64,000 nt of DNA from positions 1 through 64,000 of the forward strand of contig MCFE01000124.1 of the NCBI GenBank assembly GCA_002104905.1, in the 5' to 3' direction. Below are positions 36,623 through 49,349 of the stretch, piece after piece (position 1 is the first letter of the stretch; each line of letters starts with the position of its first letter). This stretch comes from Basidiobolus meristosporus CBS 931.73 (taxonomy: Eukaryota; Fungi; Basidiobolomycota). The notes beneath the pieces are model-generated. The model was not told where the DNA came from, searched no databases, and worked only from the letters and a program-made list of their open reading frames with translations. A program made the position numbers and the translations under genes.

Positions 36623-39600
36623 ATGTCTACTGCTACTATTACTGGAATATTTACCTCTGCTAAGAAGTTGAAAAGATGTAACTACTAAGTGTGGAAGGTG
36701 AGGATGAAGATGCTGCTACAAGAAAGAGGCCTTTGGGATATTGTTGTGGGAGAAGAACTCCCTGCTTAAAATGTGGGAGAGGAATCCTTAAAGTATCAGA
36801 AGAAAGAACAAAGTGCCTTTAACTGCATTTGCCTCAATGTCAATGACAATTTGCTAATTTGTTACTCAAGAGCAGAAATGGCAAAGAATGCCCAGAAGGC
36901 ACTAGAAGTCACCTATGAGTCATGTTCAGCTGCAAAGAAAATATATCTTAGACAAAAACTCTTCACCACAAAGATGCTGCCAGGAGAAGAAATGGCAATT
37001 GAAATAACAGAATTACCCTGCTGGTGGATGATATGGAGTCTGTGGGTGTACCAAATACTGATGAGGATGTGATATTAACCATCCTGAATAGCCTGACAGA
37101 TAGGTTTCAGGGCCTTGTATTGGCCCTAAAATCCAGAACTGAAGATTTGACCTTAAATTACATACATGGAAGTTTCCTGGTTGAAGAATTCAGAAAATCA
37201 AGAACTAATAAGAAGGAAGAAGAATATGCTTTAATACGCAATGATAACCAACAAAGGAGATACCCAAGAGCTTTCAAAGGCAATAGCAACCTGTTTTGCA
37301 ACCACTGCAAAAGGAAGGGACACACATCAGACTGGTGCCTGACAAAGAGAGATAGTCAGCAGAAAAAGCCTGAATGTCAAAATGCTGCAACAACTAAAGA
37401 AGGACTATTCATATCTGCACTAAATATGACCACAAACAAGGATCTTCAAAAATGGTATATTGACTCTGGAGCATCTCAATACTTTACACATCAAAATGAA
37501 CTTTTTACCCAATATCAAGAAATTCCAATTATGAAGGTTTTCATGGGTGATGATAGAACACTTGATACAGTGGAAGAAGGAACTATCCTAGTAAACCTAA
37601 GAAGCAGTGTAGGAAGCCATACACTGACCTTTAAAGAAGTATGCTATGTGTCAGATATAGCCAAGAACCTACTATCTGTAAGCAAGGCCACTGCAGAAGG
37701 ACTGAGTTTCAGCATTGACCATTCTGGATGCAGGATCACCGATCAAAATGGTGCCCATATTGCATTGGGTATCAGACAACAGAATCTATATAAGTTGCCT
37801 TATATTCCATCATATCTGGAAGCCAATATAATTAACTTTGATGAAGAAACACCAATACTTTGCCACAGGATATTTGGACACATCTATTTTGATTATTTGC
37901 GGAAAATGACCAAAAATCAGCAAATTTCCAGAGTAAAAATTAATCCCCCATCTAATTTGGAGCACTGTGAAGCCTGCATATATGGGAAACAAGCAAGACA
38001 ACTGTTCAAGAGCTCTGGGTTAATCAAAACTAGAAAATATTAGCCCCAACTCACTCATATCTGTGTTGACCTATGCAAAATTTATCCTTAGGTGGGATGA
38101 AGTATTGAGTTACTTTTATAGATGATTACACAAGACACGTGCGGGTCTACCTCATGGAAGGAAAGGAAGAAGCACTGTCCAAGTTCAGGGAGTTTAAAAC
38201 CATAGTGGAGAGAGAATCTGGTGAAAAAACTCAAGATAATACACACTGACAATGGTGGAGAATATACCTCAAAACTATTCATCCATTTCTGCAAAATTCA
38301 AGGGATAGAGCAAGAGACTACTGCACCATACTCCCCACAGCAAAATGGAGTAGCAGAACAAGCTAACAGATCAATAATTGATATGGCAAGATCTATAATC
38401 TATGATCAAAAATTATCCTATGATTTTTGGGTGTAATCAGTTGCCACTGCTGTATATCTTAAAAATAAGAGTTATAACAGAATACTTTGTGATTCTACTC
38501 CACTTGAAGCATGGTATGGATACAGACCAAGTGCAGAATATCTAAGAATATTTGGGTGTACAGCATATGCCAAAAAACTGGCCAGAAATCAGTCAAAATT
38601 TGAGCCAAAAAGTGTAAAATGCATATTTTTGGGCTGCTGCAATGAGAGTAAGGCATACAGACTCTACAATACCAAAGCAAAGAAGCTGATCAAGTCCAGG
38701 GATGTGTTGTTTGATGAAAATTCAAAATTTCACAAAAAATGACATAAGATGATGACAAAAATTTGATCTCAAGTCCACTAATTGTCAGGATTGAATCAGA
38801 GCATAACAATGAAAGTTTTTTCACTTCAGAGAACTTTATAACCATGTTTCAGCCAGAATCAGTGCCCAGGAATATCCCAGAAGTGATCATTCCAGTATCA
38901 AATGCCCGGAGATCCAATTGGACAAGAAATAGCCCAAATTACTATATCAATGAGGGTACAAACTTAGCCTATGCCTATTCAGTCCATATTGATGAACCCC
39001 AGACTGTAAAAGAGGCTCTAAATAGCCCTCAGAAAAAGTTTTGGAGATCTGCAATGACTGAGGAATATCAGGCCTTGATGGAAAATCAAACTTGGGACTT
39101 AGTCATATTACCAATCAACCAAAATTCAATTGGATGCAGATGGGTCTTCAAGACAAAATACAAGGCTGAAGGTACAATTGAAAGATACAAAGCAAGACTT
39201 GTAGCCAAAGGATACTCTCAAACAAAAGGACTTGACTATACTGAGACCTTTGCACAAGTTGCCAAGTTTAATTCCATCAGATTAATATTTGCTATTGCAG
39301 CCAAATATAAGTTTTTTATTCATCAAATGGATGTAAAAACTGTATTCTTGAGTGGAGAACTTGATGAGGACTTGTATATGGACCAGCCTAATGGGTTTGC
39401 TGACCAAGATAACCCCCATTTGGTCTGCAAGCCTATAAAGTCACTATATGGTCTCAAACAATCACTGAGAGCCTGGAATTGCAAGATAGATTCTTATTTG
39501 GAATCTTTGAGTTTCAAAAGGAGTAATGCTGACTATAGTATATACTATAAGCCAGATAGAGCAAATCCAGTTCTAATAGTGCTATATGTGGATGATCTTA

Positions 39601-41303
39601 TTATAGCTGCCAATAACCTAGAAACATTGGAAGAGACTAAATGCAGCCTATCTAAGGAGTTCAAGATGTCCAATCTAGGAGAACTTAGTTACTACTTAGG
39701 GATTAAGTTCTCCATAGACAGAAGTACCCAGACTATTACCCTAAGCCAATCCAAGTATATTCAAGATATACTAAAGAAGTACAAAATGGAAGACTGTAAA
39801 CCGGCAGCTACCCCAATGGAGACAAACCTTAACTTGGTCAAAACTCAACCTAATCAAGAGAGCTTGGTGCCATCTGAAGGCCCTGACTTTCCTTATCAAT
39901 CTATGGTTGGCAGTCTGATGAATATCATGCTTGGAACACGTGCAGATATCTCATATTCAGTGGGAGTTGTCAGCCAACATAATCAGAACTATGGATCTGA
40001 TCATATTGCAGCAGTTAAGCAGATTTTTAGATACCTAAAAGGAACTGCTGATATCTGCTTAAGATACACATATAAGGATTTAGAACAGGATCTTGTGGGA
40101 TACTCTGATGCTGATTGGGGACAAAATTTAGAAGACAGAAGATCCACCACAGGACACACCTTTCTTTACTGTAAAGGAGCAATTTCATGGAATTCAAGAA
40201 AGCAACCAACCATAGCACTTTCTACCATAGATGCAGAGTATATGGCAGCCTGTGAGCCACAAAAGAAGCAATGTGGTTAAGAAAGCTTTTTACAGATTTA
40301 GGCCTATGTCAAAAAACGCCTATTACTTTGTTTCAAGATAATCTAGGATGTATACAATTAGGTAGAAATCCAACTTTTCATGCTAGAACTAAGCACATAG
40401 ATATTAGACATCATTTCATACGTGAAGCTATAGACAATAACTTAGTTAGCTTAGTTTACTGTCCTACAGATGAAATGATTGCAGATATATTAGGCTTGTT
40501 CCATTGGATGGTGCCACATTGAGCCATGAGTGCCAAATAGTGCCATTGCACGCCAGAGAGGCATAGCAGACCTAAACTTGGCCCCAGAGTGTGAAGCATA
40601 GCTCTGCATCTTCATGCAAAGCAGCCCCTGTGTTTTGCCCTTTGTGTTGGAGAAAATCCATTTTTTGAACTTTTTTTTTGGATCAGTGTTGTGCAGGATG
40701 TGTAAGAGGACAGAAGGACTGAAGGCATGCATCTGGTACTCAATATACATGGCACTCTGAATCTAGCTCCTGTAGCTTGTACTATGTCACAAAAATGAAT
40801 GGCACTATCTTGGTCCACTGGTACTATCTGGCACTATAAGCACTTAATATAGGTCTTACTTTAGGGCTAATATTGAAATATAGTGCCAGATAGTACCAGT
40901 GGACCAAGATAGTGCCATTCATTTTTGTGACATGATACAAACTACAGGTGCTGGATTCAGAGTGTCATGGGTATTGAGTACCAGGTGCATGTCTTCAATT
41001 CTTCTGTGCTCTTACACATCATGCACAACATTGATCCAAAAAAAAGGTCAAAAAATGGATTTTCTCCAACCCAATGGGAGAAACACAGGGGCTGCTCTGC
41101 ATGAAGATGAAGAGCTATATTTCACACTCTGTGGCCAAGTTTAGGCTCACTTGGCCTCCCTGGCACACTATGGCATCATTTGGCACTCATGGTTCAATGT
41201 GGCACTATCCAACGGAACAAGTCTATTTACCAGGCCATTAGCTAGAGACAAGTTTGAATTTCTTAGGTCAAAATTAGGACTAGTCAGTGTGAACATTAGC
41301 TGA
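36623..41303 (+). pseudogene. Degenerate copia gag-pol of element A (stops, frameshifts, foldback insertion)
   Basis: Gag start NY*VWKVRMKMLLQERGLWDIV, Zn knuckle CNHCKRKGHTSDWC, protease WYIDSGAS, integrase core, RT HQMDVKTVFL/LYVDD and RNase H GYSDADWG. This is the copia domain order PR-INT-RT-RH. Confidence 0.93.
40492..41224. mobile_element. 733-bp non-coding foldback/MITE-like element with about 347-bp inverted arms and a 3-bp TSD (ATT)
   Basis: Ends AGGCTTGTTCC..GGAACAAGTCT. Arms are 40492-40838 and 40879-41224 with a 40-bp loop. It interrupts the copia RNase H codons ADIFT and duplicates ATT (40489-40491 and 41225-41227). Confidence 0.9.
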
Positions 41304-41310
41304 GTGGGAG

Positions 41311-41659
41311 TGTGGTAAAAATTTGTATTTCCACCTAAATATTTGCCAAACTTAGTCACTTAGATCATTACCTTCAAATCCTAGAGAATACTGACCAAAT
41401 TCCTTGTTGGGATTTACTTAGAATATTTTCACCAAAATACTAGGTACCCAGAACATGAAAATTCTGAAAGTTGTCCAAACAGCCCCACACTTTGCACACA
41501 TGTTCTTGGGACCTTCTTTAACCTACTCTCTGTGTTTGTAATGCCAAGACCAGGTAAAAGTATAAATAATACTTTTACATTCAATAAATCATTAAGTGAA
41601 AACCACGTAATCTACTTGTTCTCCCAATCACTTCCAATATCTTGAAGACTCTTACAACA
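41311..41659 (+). repeat. Internal copia LTR (349 bp) of composite A
   Basis: Preceded by PPT GAGTGGGAG and ends TTACAACA. It is followed by an RNase H fragment rather than by a TSD. Confidence 0.92.
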
Positions 41660-42198
41660 AAAAGGAACTTCTATATCTGCTTAAAATACACTTATAAGGA
41701 CTTAGAACAGAATCTTGTGGGATACTCTTATGCTGATTGGGGACAAAACTTGGATGACAGAACATCCACCATAGGATGCACCTTTCTTTACTGTAAAGGA
41801 GCAATATCATGCAATTCAAGAAAGCAACCAACTGCAGCACTTTCCACCACAGAGGCAGAGTATATGGAAGCCTGTTAAGCAACAAACAAGGCAATGTGGC
41901 TATGGAAGCTTTTTAAAGATTTAGGCTTTTGTCAAAAAACACCTAAAGCTTTATTTCAAGATAATCAAGGATCTATACAGGTAGATAGAAATCCAACTTT
42001 GCATGCTAGAACTAAGCACATTGATATTAGACATTGATACTTGTGTGAAGCTATAGAGAATAACTTTGTTAACCTAGCCTACTGTCCTACTGATGAAATG
42101 ATTGCAGTCATATTTACCAAACCATTATCTAGAGACAAGTTTGATTATCTTAGATCAGAATTAGGACTAGTTAGAGTAAACATTTAGTTGAGTGGGAT
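41660..42198 (+). mobile_element. Second copia RNase H fragment + PPT
   Basis: VGYSYADWGQNLDDRTSTIGCTFLYCKGAIS..KQPTAALSTTEAEY, duplicating 40020-41310. Confidence 0.88.
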
Positions 42199-42222
42199 TA
42201 TTGTAAAATTTGTGTTCCAACC

Positions 42223-45200
42223 TGTTGTGCATCAACATTTAAAACTTGGCCAATATCACTCCATTAGAAAACCTAGTACCCTAACTGATATTCCCTAACC
42301 CAAACATAACTAATCCCTGTTATGGTTTATTTTATCACTTCTCAGAATCTATTTTTAGCTGTCCAACCTGATCAATTTTCATGTGGTCATTACATCCTCA
42401 ACTGATCTGCTAAGCCTTTCCAAGTGATTAGTCATCTGAGATTTATCCAACCACTTAGAAGTTGCCAAGATATCAGCTGATTAATGATGCAATTTTTCAT
42501 TTATCTTATGCACCTATCAACACCCCAACAGATTTCAATTAGTCCAGACTCTTGGTGCTTACCAATGCAACTCAATCAGAACAGTATAAGTAAAGTTTAC
42601 TGAACCTTTTGGTTTAGTGTGTGTCTCAACAAAATTAAGAATTCAACAAATCCATTCTAGTTTCTACCCAAGCTTAGCATATCTAGCACTCTCAAGAACA
42701 CCAAGCCTAGCCTGCATAGCATACCTACTCTGTTGCCTTTATAGCCCAACTCAGCTATATATATGACCATTATTAGACCCAAGCCTCTCTGCTGATATTT
42801 CTGTCACTCTTGATAATTCTGAGATTCTGCACTTAGTTGTCACTTAGGTTCAGTTAACTCATTCAAGAGTTTTATTATACTTTTCTCTTGGATGCAACAT
42901 TTTTTTTGTTGATTTCCATTACATTCAACTGCATTACAATATATCCTCAGCCGCAAGCAATCCAAATCTTTCCATGTTGGAAGAAGCCCACAGAAATAAG
43001 GAAGAACTAACTGAACAGCTTGAAAACATCATGCATGGAAGAAATACTTTGATGCTTGAGCACTCAAAGCTTGCCAAGACAAGATCTGACAATCATTGTA
43101 GAGATGAACTTCTTGAAGTTATTTCCGGTTTCCAAGATGAAATTGGAATTATCAGAGAGGCCCTGGAGAATGTTGCCATTGTAGTTGACAGCATTGCAAA
43201 TCCACCAAACCTTGCTCTGCATCAGCCACCAAGAAGTCAGGCCTTTGGATCCTCCAGATCTACATCTCCCTCTAAATCTACCCCAGTGGTTGTCCCAAGA
43301 TCCTTGCCTCTTTATGCTGAAGGAGCCAATGCCATAAAGAGTCCTACTGAGTTTCTTAACAAGTTTAGTCATGTCTTAGCTGCACACCAGTTAGACCCTG
43401 ACACCAATTGGGCTAGACTTCTGCCTTTCTGTCTCACCATGCAAGATGCTCACTGGGTTGAGGTGAACATTCCTTCCAATAGTACATGGAGAGTTGTGCA
43501 GAACCTCTTTTGTGGTCATTTCAAAGATCCCCTCAAGAAAGCGCATCTAAACTGCAACTTATGGAAAACTAAAATGAAAAAAAGTGAATCTGTGCTACAC
43601 TTCTGTGATAGATTACAGAGACAAATTAGACTAGCTGGAGTTAGTGATGACAATCCACTGCTTACTTCTCATTATCTTTCAAACTTTTCACACCAGCTAC
43701 AGAGCAATATTGCTATTGCCAAAGCATGCAACCCTGCACATACCTATGACAAAATCTCTGAGATATGTACACTTGCAATCACCATGACTGCAGCGGTTAG
43801 CCAGGCTTCAGGCAACTCCATTCAAGATGCAGCAACAACTGGAAAAGAGAGCAGTCATTGACTAAGAGAAGTCAGCCACTAGCAAGCATTGTGAGCTTCA
43901 TGGAAGATGCTATCATTCTAGCAGTGAGTGCAAAGGCATCACCAAGCAGTCAAACAAGTCTGCAAACACATCAGAGAAACAGCAAAACACCAAAATTGAT
44001 TATCCATATGCTGATGACACATGCTTTAAGTGTGGAAAAATGGGACATAGATCACCTGCCTGTCCTGAGCAGAACTCTACACCATTGGCAAAAATTACTC
44101 AGACTCTAGATGATCATTCAACCAATGATTTGACAGGGTATGAGGAAGCATATGAAAAACTTACAGTTCAAGTTTATCACAGCCTTGTTGAAACTCCAGC
44201 TAAGATCACAACTGTTCAAGAAAAGAAGCAACCAATTGCGCAGCTAAAAGCTATAGAGGTGCCACTCAAACTCAATGGCAAATCATACGTAGCACTACTG
44301 GAAACTGGATCATCCAACTCTATTGTATCACCTAATGTGGTCAAAGAACTCAAATTGGCAATAGAAAAGCGACCAGGAAAAATCATACGTGCAGCTAAGG
44401 ACCTCTCAGCCCCAAGAATTAGTACCACCAACCCAATCAGCATACACTATAGTACAATAACTATAATCCATCAGATGGAGGTTATTGACATTCCAGATGG
44501 ACCTCAAGTAGTCATTGGTCTAGACACCTTCACCCAACTTGGCTTTCACATGGGCAGATTACCAGTTTCATATCCTGGAATCACTAAGTCTCAGCCACCC
44601 AGAATGGATCCAATTCCAGAGATTATCTCTCCCCATCTGGAAGCTGAGGAGTCAACCCCAACTTTTCAAGCGTATTCTCAATCAATCAAGTTGTAAATTC
44701 AGCCGGCCATAGAAAGAAACCAAGCCATTCCCAGGAACAGTTTCTGCACTATTACAGAATCCATTGTTACACTAGAAACCCCACCTTATGAGGCAACATG
44801 GAGGAGGCAATACCCAATTCCACAATCTTGTCAACACTTGGTTGATGAAACAGTCCAAAAGTGGGATGATAATTGAATTATCACTCAAGCCCCTGTCAAC
44901 ACAACATTCAACAGCCCTTTGATGCTTGCACCTAAGAAAGATACTGATAGAAATCTCTGAAGAGACCCTGTTTGGACCCTAGACCTCTGAACAAGCTTCT
45001 CCAAGATGATAAATCCCCAATGACAAGAATCAAGGACATCTTTTCCTCACTATTGGGCGCAAAAGTATTCTCCAAATTGGACTTGAAGGATGCATGTCAC
45101 TAATTCCAGATTCATCCTGATCATCTGCATGAAACTGCCTTTACTTGGGATAATATGCAATGGATGTTTCAGGGAGCTCCCATTGGCCTAAAGACGCTCA

Positions 45201-48094
45201 CCAGAAAGTTCCAGAGAGTCATGAGTATAATACCCAAGAACACACCATATGCTTTAGTATTTGCTGATGATGTCATCATATTTTCCACAAACTGTGATGA
45301 TCATGCAACACATGTCACTGATGTAATCAATAGACTGACAGCTGCTGGACTGATTCTTAATGCAGAAAAGTGCAGCTTTGCCCACCTCAAAATCAATCTA
45401 CTTGGATTCATTGTCACACCAGATGGCCACCAGCTTGATCCTTTCAAACTGGTCAATATTCCTGAATGGCCAAGACCTACTAGTGCTAAGCAACTCCAAC
45501 ACTATCTTAGAGTAATTAACTATTTCAGGGAACACATTCCTCTCATGTCCTCATTGAGTGCCCCTTTGGATGCAATACACCATAGTCCAGATCTTCCCTC
45601 AGCCTGGAACAAGGTTTGTTACCAAGCAATTGAGTTACTCTGCCAATTGCTCCCACAGGCACCCACCCTATCCTACCCAGACCTTACTAAGACCTTTGTT
45701 GTTGCTGTGGATGCATCTAATGTTGGGTTAGGGGCAGTCCTATACCAGGATGAAGACCAAAATCCACCTCACTGGATCTCTTTCCAAGCCAGATCTCTAC
45801 AACCTGCTGAGAGAAACTACTTTGCCACCAAGAAGGAGCTACTTGCCATAGTCTTTGCCTTGAAGAAGTTTCATCAGTACTTGTGGGGTAACCCTTATAC
45901 CTTGTACACCAACCACCAAGCCCTTGTCATTATCCACACTCAAAAAGCTCTGACTCCAATGCTTACCAACTGGCTTGTTACACTAATTGATTATGAATAA
46001 ACAGTTACTCATGGCCCAGGAATCCTCAACATCCTGGCTGACCACCTTTCAAGACTTTTCCCAACTTCACCTTGGGAGGGACTTGTGATTACTGACATAA
46101 TCAGTAAGCTCATTATAGCTTCTGAAATAATATCTCAACTGGATTCAGCAACCTGGAAAATCCCACATACCAATGAAAGGACAATGTTGATACAGAGGAG
46201 TCATCTACTTGGACACTTTGGAGCTGACACACTTATGAAGAAGCAACACTCTGATGGATGTCACTTGCCAAATATCAAAGCTGACTGCCTAGAATTTGTC
46301 AAGTCTTGCAGAGAATGTCAACTTTACAATATCAGCCTCTGTGGATTTCAACCCTTGAGTCCCATCCATGCAAGCCTTCCTATGGATCATATTGCAATTG
46401 ATCTAGCTGGACCTTTCACCACTAGTGATGATGGTAATCACTACCTCTTTGTAATTGTGGATATCTGCACACATTTTATTTTCCTCAAAGCTATCACAGA
46501 CAAGTATGCTGCCACTATTGCACAAGCACTATTCAAACTCTTCTGCCTTTTTGGATTCCCAAAGGTCATTCAATTGGATAATGGAACAGAATTTGTAAAT
46601 CATGTGATCAAAGCCCTCTGCCAGAATTGCGCCATTGATCACCATCTGATCACTCCATATCATCCAAAAGCTAATGGACTTGCTGAAAGACATGTTCAGA
46701 CCTCAGTGAACATCTTCAGGAAATCTATCAAAGGTATCAAGAGGAATTGGGACAAGTGCATTCTCACTGTACAGTATGCTATCAACACCAAAATTGCCAC
46801 TCTACATGGAACAACACCATTTTCTTTGATGTTTGGAAGAAGATACAGCCACTTTGGGGACTACCAGAATACAGAGCTAGCAAGTTTCAATACAGACAAG
46901 CTAAAGAACCGGCTTGAGTATCTTTCAAACATTGTCTACCCTGCTATTAGTGCCAGAAGTAATGCCACACAGCAAAAGATGACTTCAACATATACCTCAA
47001 GACACAGGATCAGCAGCTTTCCAGATGGGTTATATGTCATGACACTAGATCCAATCCAACAATCTAAACTTGACCCCAAATATGAGGCCCATTTAAAGTT
47101 GTTAGACATACTACTGGAGGATCTTATGTTCTTCAGGACAATACTGGAGCATTGCTACCAAAAAGCTTTCCCCTTCTTCACTCAAACTTATATATCAAGA
47201 ACCAGTTGCTTCTGAGTCCTATGAAGTTAAAGCTATTGTTGACCTTGATGGAGAAGAACCAAATTGCCTTTATTTAGTCAAGTGAAAAGGTTATGAAGCC
47301 AAACACAACACCTGGGAACCTTACACCAACTTTGATGATGTTGGCATCATTGATCAATATTGGAGCTGCAGGTGAACCCAGAAGGTATCAGAAAACACCT
47401 CTCCTGAGAGGAAGTGATGTTGAGCATAACCATTTAAAACCTGGCCAATATCACTCTGTCAGAGAACCTAGTACCCTAACTGATTTTTCCTAACCCAAAC
47501 ATAACTAATCACTGTTATGGTTTATTTTATCACTTCTCAGAATCTATTCTTAGCTGTCCAACCTGATCAATTTTCATGTGGTCATTACATCCTCAACTGA
47601 TCTGCTAAGCCTTTCCAAGTGATTAGTCATCTGAGATATATCCAACCACTTAGCAGTTGCCAAGACATCAGCTGATTAATGATGCAATTTTTCATTTATC
47701 TTATGCACCTATCAACACCCCAACAGATTTCAATTAGTCCAGACTCTTGGTGCTTACCAATGCAACTCAATCAGAACAGTATAAGTAAAGTTTACTGAAC
47801 CTTTTGGTTTAGTGTGTGTCTCAACAAAATTAAGAATTCAACAAATCCATTCTAGTTTCTACCCAAGCTTAGCATATCTAGCACTCTCAAGAACACCAAG
47901 CCTAGCTTGCATAGCAAACCTACTCTGTTGCCTTTATAGCCCAACTCAGCTGTATATAAGACCATTATTAGACCAAAACCCCTGTGCTAATATTTCTGTC
48001 ACTCTTGATAATTCTAAGCTTTTGCACTTAGTTGTCACTTAGGTTCAGTTTACTCATTCAAGAGTTATATTATACTTTTCTCTTGAATACAACA
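42223..48094 (+). mobile_element. Full-length degenerate Ty3/gypsy chromovirus G1 (about 677-bp LTRs) inserted in a copia LTR
   Basis: LTRs at 42223-42899 and 47418-48094 (TG..CA), TSD CAACC on both sides, PPT GAGAGGAAG. It has gag with CFKCGKMGHRSPAC, protease LLETGSS (catalytic Asp changed to Glu), RT FADD, RNase H DAS and integrase IDLAGPF/HPKANGLAER. Confidence 0.95.
47211..47375 (+). other. Chromodomain at the end of G1 pol (one TGG>TGA stop)
   Basis: YEVKAIVD..YLVK*KGYEAKHNTWEPYTNFDDVGIIDQYW. Confidence 0.9.
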
Positions 48095-48422
48095 CAACCT
48101 AAATATTTACCTAACTTAATTACTTAGATCATTAGCCTCAAATCTCATAGAACACAGACCCTAATCATTACTGGGATTTACTTGAAATAATTTCACCACA
48201 ATATCAGTGACCCAGTACATTAATATTCTCAAAGTTGTTAAAGCAGCCCCACACTTTACACGCATATTTGGGGACCTTCCTAAGCCTATTCTCTGTGTTC
48301 ATTCTTCCAATACCGTGTAAAAGTGCATATATCACTTTCACATCCCATAAAGCAACAAGTGAAAACCATATAATCTACATGTTCTCCCAATCATTTCCAA
48401 TATCTCCATGACTCTTCCAACA

Positions 48423-49349
48423 CTTTCAGGGCTGTTTCTTGGCATATGCTGTACACCCAAAGATTCTTAGATGTTCTGCACTTGGTCTGCATCTGTACTA
48501 TGCCTTAAATGGAGTATTGTCACAAAGTATTCTCTTATAACTCCTACTTTAAGGCATACAGGTGTGGCAACTGACTTTGCTTAAATATGATAGGATATAC
48601 TTTGATCATGGATCATTGATCTTGCAATATCATTTATGATCTCTTTGCACATTGTGTCACTCCATTGTGCAGTTGGGGGTGTGGTAGAGTAGTCTCTTGC
48701 TTTATCCCACAAATATTGCAGAAGCAGGAAAAGAGTTTTGGGATATAATCTCCACCATTGTCCGAGCATATTTTCTTGATTGCTTACCAGTTTTTCTCTC
48801 CACCATGGCTTTAAGCTCCCAGAGCTTAGACTGAGCTTCTTCTGTTTACTCCACAAAATTGACCCACATGTACTTTGTATGATCATCCATAAAAGTGATC
48901 AAATTTCATCCCACCTAAGGATATTTTTGTATAGGTCCACACAGATCTAAGTGGGTTGGGTCTAATCTTTTCTTAGTTGCAATTAGCCCAGAGTGCTTGA
49001 TTGGTTATTTGACTTGTTTCCATATATGCAGGCTTCACAGTGCTTCAGGTTAGCTGGGGGATCAACTTTTACTCCAGAACATAGCTCATCTTTGATCATT
49101 TTACACAATAATCAAGCTTAATGTGTCCTATGGGCACTATTTTGATCAGTGATCCTGCATCCAGAATGATTAAAAGTGAAACTCAGTCCTTTTGCCATGG
49201 CCTTGCCTAGCAATAGTAGGTTCTTAGTTACTTTTGGTACATAGAGTACTTCTTGGAGGGTAAGTATGTGGCTTCCCTTACTACTTCTGAGCTTAACATG
49301 TATAGTTTCCTATCCAACTGCATCCAGTGTTCTGTTGTTACCCTTGAGA
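48423..49349 (-). mobile_element. Copia element B resumed (integrase, GAG-pre-integrase, part of protease), cut by element C
   Basis: Continues the integrase reading interrupted at 36242 and ends in the DNRTLDAVG-like protease region at the 49350 LTR. Confidence 0.85.

Larger units (their letters stand above)
36243..48422 (+). mobile_element. Ty1/copia composite element A (three LTRs) inserted into element B; hosts a foldback element and gypsy G1
   Basis: Perfect 5-bp TSD CTTTC at 36238-36242 and 48423-48427, and the element B integrase sequence is continuous across it. LTRs at 36243-36591, 41311-41659 and 42199-42222 + 48100-48422. Confidence 0.88.
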
